Shown here one piece after another: positions 49,036 to 58,552 of a stretch of 64,000 nt of DNA. The stretch's first letter is position 1, and each line of letters starts with the position of its first letter. The notes under the pieces were generated by a model. That model was not told where the DNA came from. It worked only from the letters and a program-made list of their open reading frames with translations, and searched no databases. Source of the stretch: a phage; the sequence record PX853108.1; one strand, written 5' to 3'. Made by a program: the position numbers and the translations under genes.

Positions 49036-51189
49036 TTACTTGCCAGCGAAGCGTTTAGCCACGGTGACCATTACGGTTGCATTCAATTCATCATCTGGTA
49101 ATGGATTAGCCAGTTTCTTATTGAATGAGTGGACGGCTTGCTGTACTTGGGCAAAATCCCAACCACTGTCAACCAATGCCAGTGCGTACTTAATCATTTG
49201 ATTATTACGATTACCGGTAGCAATACGACTAGCGAACCAACGCTCCAGATTATCCAAGGACTGTACTTCCTTCATCTGGTTCCGGAACTGCTCGTTCTTA
49301 CTAGTACGAGGAATAAAGTCACGCACGTCCAACAGATTTGCTTCAAGGTTGTAATGATAAGAACCAGTCTCGCAGGACATCCATTTCTTGGCTCGTTGGT
49401 TAGCAGATTCATCCGTTTCGAATGGTAGCCAAGACATAACGTTATTCATGAACTCTTTGTATTCCTCGGTGTCGAGGTGTAACTCATAGTTCATTGGAAT
49501 AATCAGTCGGAAGCGGTTCTCTTCATCAGAATGACGCTTAGTGGTATAGGTCATGAACTTATATTCCTTCATTAGTTCATGGCACGTATGCAGTGGTACT
49601 CCACCATCACAGTCAATAACAATCATGTTAAATCCTGGAATAACGTTCTCTTCAGAACGGTGTCCATTCTTCATGTGATGGTTTACCCAGTGCATACCGG
49701 GAGCTTGGGTTAATACATGCAACTGGTCGAACGGTACACGTTCACCAATGTAGTCATAAGCAAAGCTATCACTATATGCCACTATCATCTCATTGATGTC
49801 AGTCTCTTTCAGAGTCTCACCACGGAAGAACTCAATACCTTCGTTGAAGGTTTTCTTAATGATGATGTGCTGTTTGTAGCCCCATGCTGTAGCAAGGGTC
49901 ATCATCTCATTACGAGCTGCATTGCCACTCTTATAGAACGGCAATGACTCTAGTAAGTCAGCATGAGTCACTTCTTTACCTACAGAGGCAATGTACTTAG
50001 CCAGCTTCACATAGGCTTTCTCACGATTGAGAATACCCTGGAATGCTGCTCCAGATTCTTCTACAAGCAAAATTGCTTGTTTAAGATGAGACATCTCAAT
50101 GAATGAACTCTGGTCAACAAATGCCAGTGCTCCAGCTAGTTTAAGTGCTTTGAAGTAACGGTGGGAGATTTCAGCCTTACGAATTTCTTCGTGGTCAGCC
50201 ATAGCTTCTGCTTGTTTCTCACAATCAATTTTGTAAGTAATCAGAGCAATCCCCACTGCATCTTCTACAACCATCTTAAAGCCAAACAGGTTCGGGTCAG
50301 CCAGACTATGGAAGTGGTTAGCCCACTTACCAAGAGACTGTACGTTATCCTGCTTAATCAGGTTACGGTAGATTTCTTCCGGAGACATTGTTGCATGTGC
50401 TCGTTTGTCTAAATGCCCAATGGCAAACAGACAGCGACGTGCATATCCTGTATCGAGGAAGTCATAGAACTGGTCTTCAGTCTGACCACCATCCAGTAGC
50501 TTACTTGGTGTACCAAACAACAACAGGTTAGCTGGAGTCTTACCATCCAGTTCTTCACCACGAACACTTTCAGCAGTGTTTTTGGTTAGCTTCTGCTTAA
50601 CCTTACCCTGGTCATATAATTCCAGGAACAGGGTTAACACATCTGTGTTAGCCAGCAGGTTCGAACCAATTTCATCAATCTGAAGGTTGATTGAACCACA
50701 CCCAGCCATTAACAGCTTATGACGTAGCTGTTTAACTGCTGGTGGAGTACCAGAGTCAAACGTAAACGGATATGCCCCGGCACGTTTATACTCTGCTTCA
50801 ACTTTATCAAACTCATCATTCTGGTCTGTACCTTGACGAGCAGCACGTTCGTTAGCAATCTTCCATAAACGGTCATTTGCAATGACGGGCATGGTGTCTT
50901 CCATAAAGCGTTTACGGAAGCCAGTCATGAACCCGTCTTCAATAATATTTACCGAGTGACCTTTACCGAAACCAGATGTAGCCAACGCAATGGCGTAGAT
51001 GTTTACCGGCAGGTCACCACGGTCTTTAGTTACAATGGTTGCACCCATGCAGGATGCCATTTTAGCCAAGAAGTAGGCTACTTCGACACGGAAAAATCCC
51101 CGGTCATTATTCTGGGTTTTATTGCAGAGCACATCTACGATTTCTTCAATCGCTGGATGGTGACTGATGCCAGTAAGGTCGATACTCAT
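49036..51189 (-). CDS. DNA primase-like replication protein
   Basis: 717 aa; position between ATPase and polymerase; no motif confirmed by eye. Confidence 0.4.
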   Translation of the reverse strand: MSIDLTGISHHPAIEEIVDVLCNKTQNNDRGFFRVEVAYFLAKMASCMGATIVTKDRGDLPVNIYAIALATSGFGKGHSVNIIEDGFMTGFRKRFMEDTMPVIANDRLWKIANERAARQGTDQNDEFDKVEAEYKRAGAYPFTFDSGTPPAVKQLRHKLLMAGCGSINLQIDEIGSNLLANTDVLTLFLELYDQGKVKQKLTKNTAESVRGEELDGKTPANLLLFGTPSKLLDGGQTEDQFYDFLDTGYARRCLFAIGHLDKRAHATMSPEEIYRNLIKQDNVQSLGKWANHFHSLADPNLFGFKMVVEDAVGIALITYKIDCEKQAEAMADHEEIRKAEISHRYFKALKLAGALAFVDQSSFIEMSHLKQAILLVEESGAAFQGILNREKAYVKLAKYIASVGKEVTHADLLESLPFYKSGNAARNEMMTLATAWGYKQHIIIKKTFNEGIEFFRGETLKETDINEMIVAYSDSFAYDYIGERVPFDQLHVLTQAPGMHWVNHHMKNGHRSEENVIPGFNMIVIDCDGGVPLHTCHELMKEYKFMTYTTKRHSDEENRFRLIIPMNYELHLDTEEYKEFMNNVMSWLPFETDESANQRAKKWMSCETGSYHYNLEANLLDVRDFIPRTSKNEQFRNQMKEVQSLDNLERWFASRIATGNRNNQMIKYALALVDSGWDFAQVQQAVHSFNKKLANPLPDDELNATVMVTVAKRFAGK

Positions 51190-51701
51190 TTGATTAATCC
51201 TACGCTCTTATTAGTGACGGCATATTCTCCGAAGTATTTTACGGCAGCTAAGTCATACGCTTTGGCTGCTTCAATTGCTTCCAGGAATACACCTAAATGA
51301 ATTGATTTACGGTTTACTTTGATTTTGGCTAAGTAGTTACCCCTGAACTTAGTAACACCCATAAAACCACTGGTGTTGTTTTTATTCAGTCCACGGTTAG
51401 CACCATTGGTGCTTTTATCCGCTTCCCTTAGATTGTCTATCCAGTTGTGGTGACGTATGGTGTCTTTATGGTCTATTAAACCAGTAGGCCACATACCGTA
51501 CACGTACAACCAAGCTAACCTATGAGCAGCTTCCCGTTTGGAATCAACTGTTATGTAGAGATAACCGTCACTGTTATTGAGCGACCCAGCAACACTACCG
51601 ACAGGTGTTCGGTTACTGAGGGAGATGCGGCGAGTAAATATCCCAGTAAGTGGGTCATAATGCAGCAACTCTTTTAGCCGTTGCTGAGTCAGCTTAATCA
51701 T
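51186..51701 (-). mobile_element. free-standing HNH homing endonuclease with C-terminal AP2-type DNA-binding domain
   Basis: AHRLAWLYVYGMWPTGLIDHKDTIRHHNWIDNLR (HNH) and GFMGVTKFRGNYLAKI...GVFLEAIEAAKAYDLAAVKYFGEYA (AP2); ATGA overlaps at both ends. Confidence 0.75.
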
Positions 51702-52678
51702 GATGGAAAATATCTCTCTCTTTGTTTGCAAATGGACGCGACAGGGCAGTATAGACAACGCTTAACCTGCCCCTCCACGACCTTGATAGCACCCTTGCCA
51801 CCTTTTTCAGCCATGAAGATACGAGCAGATGCCATATCGTCAAAGTTTTTAGTACTTCTGGCTCCAGGTACATCTACCTTAGAAGCATCAGAGAAGTATT
51901 TGAACTGTGGCTCTGTTCGCCACAACTCCTCGTCAGTACATTCAGGAATTTCCTCTTCAGGTGCATTCCAGTACTTCTCAATGAGGTGAATCTTCTCTTC
52001 TACCCAACGTTCAGTCTTATCGACAGATAGCAACGGAATATCCTTATGCATAATACGATTAGCAGGATAGTTCGGATTGCTATTAGCCATGTGCTTCATG
52101 AAGTCAGTGAAGATGTAGTTAATACGAATTACATCCTCGGTAATGATGTCGTTGTGAATCCAACGATACAAGCTGCCTTGCATCTTGTGTTCATCATCAC
52201 GGGAACCAGCAACCCAGGAATAGGTTGAAGTAGACTTAAAGTCCTGCAACAGACCTTCTGTTACGATGTCGAACTTACCACCGATAGTCCAACCCTTAAC
52301 TACCCTGGTTCCACGTTGTTCAATGTAGATTGGGATAAGGTCAGGGTTAGCATCAAAGTCTGCTTCGGTTGGGTTAATGACTACTGCATCAATTACTCGT
52401 TGAGGATATCCCAACTTCTTCAATGCAGTTTTATGGCCTAACTTCCAGGCTTTCTCGATAGAATCATGTAAACCAGTACCCATTGATGTGGAGACAAAAT
52501 CCATAACATCAATCGACTGGTCACTAAGATCTACACGATGTTTCATGACGATTTGCTTAATAGGCTTAAGCAATGTAGTAACAGACAGGTACTTAGGATT
52601 GTCTACGTAATCATACTCGTCATGTAATAGCCATACAGCCAGAGCCAGTGAAACATCATGGTTGTTGGTTATCTTCAT
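51698..52678 (-). CDS. putative nuclease with C-terminal Cys cluster (Cas4/RecB-like exonuclease candidate)
   Basis: 326 aa; C-terminal CLYCPVASIC; acidic motifs LHDEYDY. Confidence 0.35.
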   Translation of the reverse strand: MKITNNHDVSLALAVWLLHDEYDYVDNPKYLSVTTLLKPIKQIVMKHRVDLSDQSIDVMDFVSTSMGTGLHDSIEKAWKLGHKTALKKLGYPQRVIDAVVINPTEADFDANPDLIPIYIEQRGTRVVKGWTIGGKFDIVTEGLLQDFKSTSTYSWVAGSRDDEHKMQGSLYRWIHNDIITEDVIRINYIFTDFMKHMANSNPNYPANRIMHKDIPLLSVDKTERWVEEKIHLIEKYWNAPEEEIPECTDEELWRTEPQFKYFSDASKVDVPGARSTKNFDDMASARIFMAEKGGKGAIKVVEGQVKRCLYCPVASICKQRERYFPS

Positions 52679-52940
52679 TATAAGCCTTTTTCAATATGCG
52701 ATTGGCATAGTGCACAATCTTCTCTGAGTCGTACACAGAAGAGTTTCCAGGTTTACCATTACCCATACGGGCAGCAGCATTTCGCCACAGAGCTTTAAAG
52801 GCACAACCTTCATCGAAGGTCATGCCCAGTGCTTGGATAATATCCTCACACTCTGCTTGGTATGGCTCTTGCTCTTCCCGTTGGGGATTCTTAATTAGAA
52901 CTACATAGTAGTTATTAAGACCACCGGAGAGCTTAGTCAT
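52656..52940 (-). CDS. hypothetical protein
   Basis: 94 aa; segment AFKALWRNAAARMGNGKPG. Confidence 0.4.
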   Translation of the reverse strand: MTKLSGGLNNYYVVLIKNPQREEQEPYQAECEDIIQALGMTFDEGCAFKALWRNAAARMGNGKPGNSSVYDSEKIVHYANRILKKAYNEDNQQP

Positions 52941-53245
52941 TATTTATCCTTAGGAATCATGTTTGCCTGGAACTCTGGTTCAGACATCAGACCCAGGTTG
53001 CTAAGAGACAGATAAACAATGTCTTTCAAGTCAACTGAGGTATCGAAACGCTGGTCCAGACTAATCTTCATGGAGTGATTGGCACGGGCCAAATCTTTAT
53101 AAGTCACATAAGGTTCATCAGTGAGCAACATTGTGTTCATGGTAAGCAGGGAACCATCATCCACTTTAGGAAGTTGGAAGACTACCTGTGCTGCTACCAT
53201 CCAATGATATTTTCTGACTACAGTTTCTTTAGTACTTTTGGTCAT
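52940..53245 (-). CDS. hypothetical protein
   Basis: 101 aa ORF, overlaps neighbours by 1-4 nt. Confidence 0.4.
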   Translation of the reverse strand: MTKSTKETVVRKYHWMVAAQVVFQLPKVDDGSLLTMNTMLLTDEPYVTYKDLARANHSMKISLDQRFDTSVDLKDIVYLSLSNLGLMSEPEFQANMIPKDK

Positions 53246-55821
53246 GCGAATGCCTTTTGAATTATTTGATGAACTTCTTCTGGGGTAGCGTGATTTGGAA
53301 TTTCAATCTCGTTAGCCCACGTTGGGTAGAACAAGGATAGTTCCCCACCCAAACCAACTTCTGGATGAGCAATATCAGGATGATCTTGCCAGTTAACAGC
53401 TTCAACCAAGTGCTTGTTCGTGAACTGCAAGGTATCCATGTTGTCACGAATCATGAAGTACTGGGCATCATGAATATGAATACTAGGACGAATATCTAAC
53501 CTGAACTCACTGGCTCTGACTTTACGCATAAACTCTGAACCAGCACGGTTATTCAGTAGACACCAGCTTTGCCCTAAAGCATTACCAGCAGTTCTGCCTT
53601 CTGCTTCTGCTTCATACGGAGTCTTACATGTCCCACGTAAAACCTGAGCCAGTAAAGGAGTACGCACTCTCAAACCGAATGCGGCAGTAACATAACCAGT
53701 TTTGGCAGCTTCGTCCAGTTTAGCCTGAACCCACATGTCGCTAACTACATAGAGGTCGTGATAACGTTTCTCTGTAGTCTTAGCCTTTTCTTCAGAGAAG
53801 CCACAGTTTTTCATTAAACCCATATACGTACCACCATAAGTAAGCAAGAAGGTTGGAGCCTTCGAGTCACTACGTAATGATTTGTACTTATGCTGGATGG
53901 AGTTAATGGATTCTACTGTGTCTTCGATATCTGGCATCTGCTCACCGAAGTAAGCATATGCACGGAGACTGTGCCCATCATAACCATCGGTATATACCTT
54001 AAGCTTCTGTGGGTCTTTAGTAGTTAAAGCTGAGATACGGTCTTCAAGGCTTGCAAAGTCCAGTCCACAAAAGATCCAACCTGGTGGGGCTTCGAAGCAT
54101 TTTTTAATCTTCTTGGCATATTTGGAGCCAGACGGTATGGTTTGCAAGTTTGGCTCGGAGGCAGATAATCTACCAGAAACCGTTCCCCCCAGATTGAGGT
54201 TGCCGAATAGATAGTGCCAGCCATCCGGTCCTGGTTGTGCATTCCTGAAAGCCGGGATGAAGCTAGTGATAATCTTATCCACGAGCTTATAGTCGATAAG
54301 TGCATTGAGCAGTTCCTTAACATCTTCACTCTGCGTATGTGTACGCAGTGCTTTAATAGTGTCACCGTCAGTAGCAGGTTGCTTGCTCTTAGTAAGACCA
54401 AGAACTGGTAAGCCAATATAATCAAATAACAGCTTCTGTAGTTGTGGACCAGAGTTTGGATTAAACTCGATGTCACAGTCAGCAAGCGTTACTTGCTTCT
54501 TCTTGAGCTTAGCATTCTTATCATCTACCCATTCCTGACGAAGCATCAGGGTAAAGTTCTTCATGAGCTTAGACTCACGAATAGTTTTCAGAGCTTGGTT
54601 CCTGTCAGTTTCCATCTCCTTAGCTACTTGGTTAACGGTATCCATATTCATAGGCATACCGGTTAATTGCATCTGGATGATGTCTTCACAAGCTGGCTTA
54701 AAGATGTTGTTGTAAACATCTAGCTGGTCATCAGCAATTAGAGTATCCCAGTGCTTCTCGTAGGTGTACCAGGTACACAAACCATCAATGAGGTTGTAGC
54801 GTAACAGCTGCTCATTGGGGATAAGACAAATGTCTTTAATATCATCCTGAGCATAGTTACCAGCATACTCCTGAGCCTGGTCTTTCAGACTAAGGTGATT
54901 GCCAGCACAACTATTAGTAGCCAGATAGGTGATTAACTTAGTGCAATCCCAGTTACGTAGCATGATTTCCATGCCATGCAGTAAGCCTTCCGTATCAATC
55001 AGGTTATCCATGAATAACTGATAGATGAGTACGTACACGTCATAGCTAATGTTGTGATACATCTGCCGTTGGGTGTACTTAATAAAGAACTCACGTAGAA
55101 GATTTCGAACAATATCATTTCTGTTGATACGCCCATAAGGTGCTTCAGTAGCCCCAGGGATTGGCTCGTAGTCCACATTAAAGGCTATGCCTTGTGTCTT
55201 ACTCCAACAGAGTGTAATTGTCCCTATACCGGCGTTATAGTGCTTTAAACCAAATGCCTCAATGTCTATAGCTAATGGCTTATTCATCTCAAGCAACTGG
55301 TCTAGCCAGGCTTTAATTTTCTCTGGAGTATCTGGATAGGCTTCAAACTCAATGATTCCCTGACCTGGTTCAGCATACTGTCCACGTATGTGGTTAAGTA
55401 ATGCATCCATACCCTGAGCAATCTTAGATTTCACTACAGGTGGATCATAGAAGACCTGCCTGTAGCTGGGTGCATAGATAACCTTCTGTTTACCCCATAC
55501 TGAGTCACAAACATAGCCGAGGTTAGCCTCTGCTTTAGCCTCTTTAGTCAGTATTTTGAAGTAGTCAGAATCGGTACAGATAATGTATTGAGTCTCTGCA
55601 TCATCCAGTACTTGTTGCAGTTCCTGCTGTATGAACTCTTTAATTTCCCTTGCAGGAGTCTTCTTCTTGCCTGGGGCAGAATGAAGTTCAATGAAGATGA
55701 AATCTTCCATGCTTAGGTCATTAGGCAGCAGGTAGGTTTTAATCATCTCCTCCCTTCGGATTTGATGACCGAGGATAGCAATAGGATACTTACCCGTATC
55801 TTGAGAGGTGATGTAACGCAT
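53242..55821 (-). CDS. family A DNA polymerase with 3'-5' exonuclease domain
   Basis: 859 aa; exo motif LAIDIEAFGL, motif A LDFASLEDRI, motif B RSDSKAPTFLLTYGGTYMGL, motif C HIHDAQY. Confidence 0.85.
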   Translation of the reverse strand: MRYITSQDTGKYPIAILGHQIRREEMIKTYLLPNDLSMEDFIFIELHSAPGKKKTPAREIKEFIQQELQQVLDDAETQYIICTDSDYFKILTKEAKAEANLGYVCDSVWGKQKVIYAPSYRQVFYDPPVVKSKIAQGMDALLNHIRGQYAEPGQGIIEFEAYPDTPEKIKAWLDQLLEMNKPLAIDIEAFGLKHYNAGIGTITLCWSKTQGIAFNVDYEPIPGATEAPYGRINRNDIVRNLLREFFIKYTQRQMYHNISYDVYVLIYQLFMDNLIDTEGLLHGMEIMLRNWDCTKLITYLATNSCAGNHLSLKDQAQEYAGNYAQDDIKDICLIPNEQLLRYNLIDGLCTWYTYEKHWDTLIADDQLDVYNNIFKPACEDIIQMQLTGMPMNMDTVNQVAKEMETDRNQALKTIRESKLMKNFTLMLRQEWVDDKNAKLKKKQVTLADCDIEFNPNSGPQLQKLLFDYIGLPVLGLTKSKQPATDGDTIKALRTHTQSEDVKELLNALIDYKLVDKIITSFIPAFRNAQPGPDGWHYLFGNLNLGGTVSGRLSASEPNLQTIPSGSKYAKKIKKCFEAPPGWIFCGLDFASLEDRISALTTKDPQKLKVYTDGYDGHSLRAYAYFGEQMPDIEDTVESINSIQHKYKSLRSDSKAPTFLLTYGGTYMGLMKNCGFSEEKAKTTEKRYHDLYVVSDMWVQAKLDEAAKTGYVTAAFGLRVRTPLLAQVLRGTCKTPYEAEAEGRTAGNALGQSWCLLNNRAGSEFMRKVRASEFRLDIRPSIHIHDAQYFMIRDNMDTLQFTNKHLVEAVNWQDHPDIAHPEVGLGGELSLFYPTWANEIEIPNHATPEEVHQIIQKAFA

Positions 55822-55830
55822 AGCTTTACC

Positions 55831-56361
55831 TTAGAAAATCAGATGGGAAGCTGCATAGTACTCAATAGAGGGAAGAATCTTCTCATACTGTTTTATTGCC
55901 ATAGGATCACCAGCAAGAGTCCAGGCTGCTTCACGAGTACGTGGCAGTTCCTTATACTTACCAGTCTGGTCTTGAGCTACCAGGCATTCAGGTAAAGCAT
56001 CACGTACATCCTGATAGGACATACAACCACGCACCAGACGATATACAGTCTGGTTCACAAGGTGTACTTCCATAATCAGACGACTGGAGGCTTTCAGATA
56101 CTTGTCCATTGCAGGCCACAGTTCTGGATTAAGAGTTAATCGTTCACCGTAGGTTGGAGGTCTGGAAGCATTAGAACGCTGATAGAACTCCCCTTGATAA
56201 AGGAATCCAGCTGATACATCAATACCATTGATACGGTCATTCTTATCAATGATACCGTTTAACACATTATCAAGACGAACCAGTTCTGCTAAGAACAGGT
56301 GTTTGACTATCTCACTGCTATTGGCAACTTGACCAATAGTCGCTGAACCAATCTGAGGCAT
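55831..56361 (-). CDS. hypothetical protein
   Basis: 176 aa ORF between polymerase and helicase. Confidence 0.45.
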   Translation of the reverse strand: MPQIGSATIGQVANSSEIVKHLFLAELVRLDNVLNGIIDKNDRINGIDVSAGFLYQGEFYQRSNASRPPTYGERLTLNPELWPAMDKYLKASSRLIMEVHLVNQTVYRLVRGCMSYQDVRDALPECLVAQDQTGKYKELPRTREAAWTLAGDPMAIKQYEKILPSIEYYAASHLIF

Positions 56362-56371
56362 ATATCCTCCC

Positions 56372-57682
56372 TTAGAAAGTTAGACCACCATACTTACTGG
56401 CAAGATTGCCATAGAACACTACTCGCTTACGGGCACGAGATACAGCGACGTAAAGCAGACGGGCAACCATATCTGGTTGGCGACAGCTTGAGAGGTCATT
56501 TGCATCAATGAAGATTGTGTCGTAAGTAGAGCCTTGTGATTTATGGACAGTACATGCGTGAGTAGCACGTAGGTCTGGAATGGTTTCTTTAAGACGGAAG
56601 TAAGGTTCCCAGTTTTTCTCTTTACCTAGCCACTTAACCAAACGGTTGAAGTATTCTGGGTCAGTAGGTACTGGAACTTCACTTACAATACCACCATAAC
56701 CAAGGTCCAGAGTACTATCACGAACTTCCAGTTCCAGGTCACCTGTAACCTTAATCATGCGAGTACTGCTATCCTGGTCGATGAGTTTTACGTCTTGCTC
56801 GATAGATAAACGGTCTTCCCCACCTAAGCGAACAGCAGAGTTAGAAACTAACTGTTCACCGATGGAGTACTCGCCTACATAGCCATTAGCTTCACGAATG
56901 TAGTTATTGTAATTAATAACTTGGTCATTTGTGTAAGCAACAATACGGCTATTGGTAGGTTGAGTGAAGTGACTGAGAACCAGTTTCTCCATCTCTTCCC
57001 CCTGTACCCAGTCAATAATGCCTGGAATACATTTAATAGGCAGGAAACCCGTCTTACCTTCCACCGTATCACGTAATTGCTGATGCAATGCTTTGAGTTC
57101 CGGTGCATCGGTACGCATCTGTTCAGTCAGATAATGTGTTGGGATATTACCTGCATACACTGGAGACTTATTCTCTTTAACAGGCAGAAGCTGAGAAGCA
57201 TCGCCTACGAATACCAGTTTGCACTGGTGAGTACCTTCACGAGCATACTTAAGTAACTGACGGTCAATCATGGATGCTTCATCTACGAAGATGATTTTGT
57301 TCTTCTTAATATTGAATGATTTAGACGGTACGACATTAGCCTCACCGGTCTTAAAGTCATTCTTAACAATCAATCCCTGGAAGGAATGATAGGTAGATGT
57401 AGGACGTCCAGTAGCCTGAGCCAGAACTTCGGCAGCTTTGTTCGTGGTCGCAGTCATAACAACTTCGTTATACAGAGGCTTGGTTCCCATAAGGGAGCAA
57501 GTTTCCATATATGCAGGCATTGTGTCATCAATGAGATGCGACATCAGGAATGTCTTGCCAGTTCCCCCTGGGCCACTAATATTGAATTCGGTAGCATTAG
57601 GGTTGAGCAGGAAGTCGAAGAACTCCTTCGCAACCGCTTCTTGCCCCTTGTTCAGCGGGGCTTTGGTAGGTTTGGAAAACAT
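56372..57682 (-). CDS. SF1 DNA helicase (Dda/RecD-like)
   Basis: 436 aa; Walker A GPGGTGKTF, Walker B IIFVDEASMID, motif VHKSQGSTYDTIFID. Confidence 0.8.
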   Translation of the reverse strand: MFSKPTKAPLNKGQEAVAKEFFDFLLNPNATEFNISGPGGTGKTFLMSHLIDDTMPAYMETCSLMGTKPLYNEVVMTATTNKAAEVLAQATGRPTSTYHSFQGLIVKNDFKTGEANVVPSKSFNIKKNKIIFVDEASMIDRQLLKYAREGTHQCKLVFVGDASQLLPVKENKSPVYAGNIPTHYLTEQMRTDAPELKALHQQLRDTVEGKTGFLPIKCIPGIIDWVQGEEMEKLVLSHFTQPTNSRIVAYTNDQVINYNNYIREANGYVGEYSIGEQLVSNSAVRLGGEDRLSIEQDVKLIDQDSSTRMIKVTGDLELEVRDSTLDLGYGGIVSEVPVPTDPEYFNRLVKWLGKEKNWEPYFRLKETIPDLRATHACTVHKSQGSTYDTIFIDANDLSSCRQPDMVARLLYVAVSRARKRVVFYGNLASKYGGLTF

Positions 57683-57715
57683 TAAAATCTCCAGTAAAAA
57701 ACCCTCCGTAGAGGG

Positions 57716-58171
57716 TTAGATGTAAGGGGTTAAATCCGGGGGAGTGTAGTCTTTCCCTTTCATAACTTTCATATTCTCATTGAAGACAGGTTCACCATCT
57801 TCAAACTTAGAATAGTTTGAGCGATTGACCTCAGCCAATGCTCCAGGGACATTCATCCCAAGGAAAGTACCGACGCCAGTTGCTGTAACAATCTGATCTG
57901 CCAGTGAATCCAGTAGGTTGGTACTAGCGTCAATGCGATAAGCATCGTCATTACGTTTCATACGGTTTGCCAGATTTGTAAGAGCATCCTGTGCACGTTG
58001 CAGTAATTCTGCATCGTAACTACCATTTGGATGAATGGTCTGAAGCATTTCTTCTACTTCTTCCAGATGGCAACCAATCTGGGTACTAATGTTCTTACTT
58101 GTTGGATTTGCTACTGCTTTCCGGAACCAGGCTTCCGTATTTGCCAGCGTACAAACGGATGAACTTGTCAT
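57716..58171 (-). CDS. possible MazG-like nucleotide pyrophosphohydrolase
   Basis: 151 aa; EEVEE and LLDSLADQIV helices resemble MazG EExxE/D motifs; overlaps upstream ORF by 77 nt so start uncertain. Confidence 0.3.
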   Translation of the reverse strand: MTSSSVCTLANTEAWFRKAVANPTSKNISTQIGCHLEEVEEMLQTIHPNGSYDAELLQRAQDALTNLANRMKRNDDAYRIDASTNLLDSLADQIVTATGVGTFLGMNVPGALAEVNRSNYSKFEDGEPVFNENMKVMKGKDYTPPDLTPYI

Positions 58172-58490
58172 GCTCAGTCTCTTGGTTAAGGTGGCGATTG
58201 TTATATGCCTCCAGAATCAAGTCTCTTACGTATGAGCGAATCTCATAAGCAGGACCAACTTGCTCTGACAGCCAATCAACCACATGGGTTGGTAAAGGTT
58301 TTAATACGTTTTCCATGAACGTCCGACGTGTGTCGGCTGGTTCAATGTTTAGAGAACGCAATCGCAAAGTAACCGTAGTGGGGTGAACCCCCAACGTCTT
58401 AGCGATAGTTGCGAGGGACAGACCAACAGCATTCATACGAATGATGTCTTCATCAGTTGCTTTGCGATTACTTCTGAATACTTTAGACAT
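58095..58490 (-). CDS. helix-turn-helix DNA-binding protein
   Basis: 131 aa; LSLATIAKTLGVHPTTVTLRL. Confidence 0.45.
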   Translation of the reverse strand: MSKVFRSNRKATDEDIIRMNAVGLSLATIAKTLGVHPTTVTLRLRSLNIEPADTRRTFMENVLKPLPTHVVDWLSEQVGPAYEIRSYVRDLILEAYNNRHLNQETEHDKFIRLYAGKYGSLVPESSSKSNK

Positions 58491-58552
58491 AGCTTATTTC
58501 CTCTTCAAATATAGCCTCACTTTATTATAAGTGAGGCTATTTGAACAGGCTA

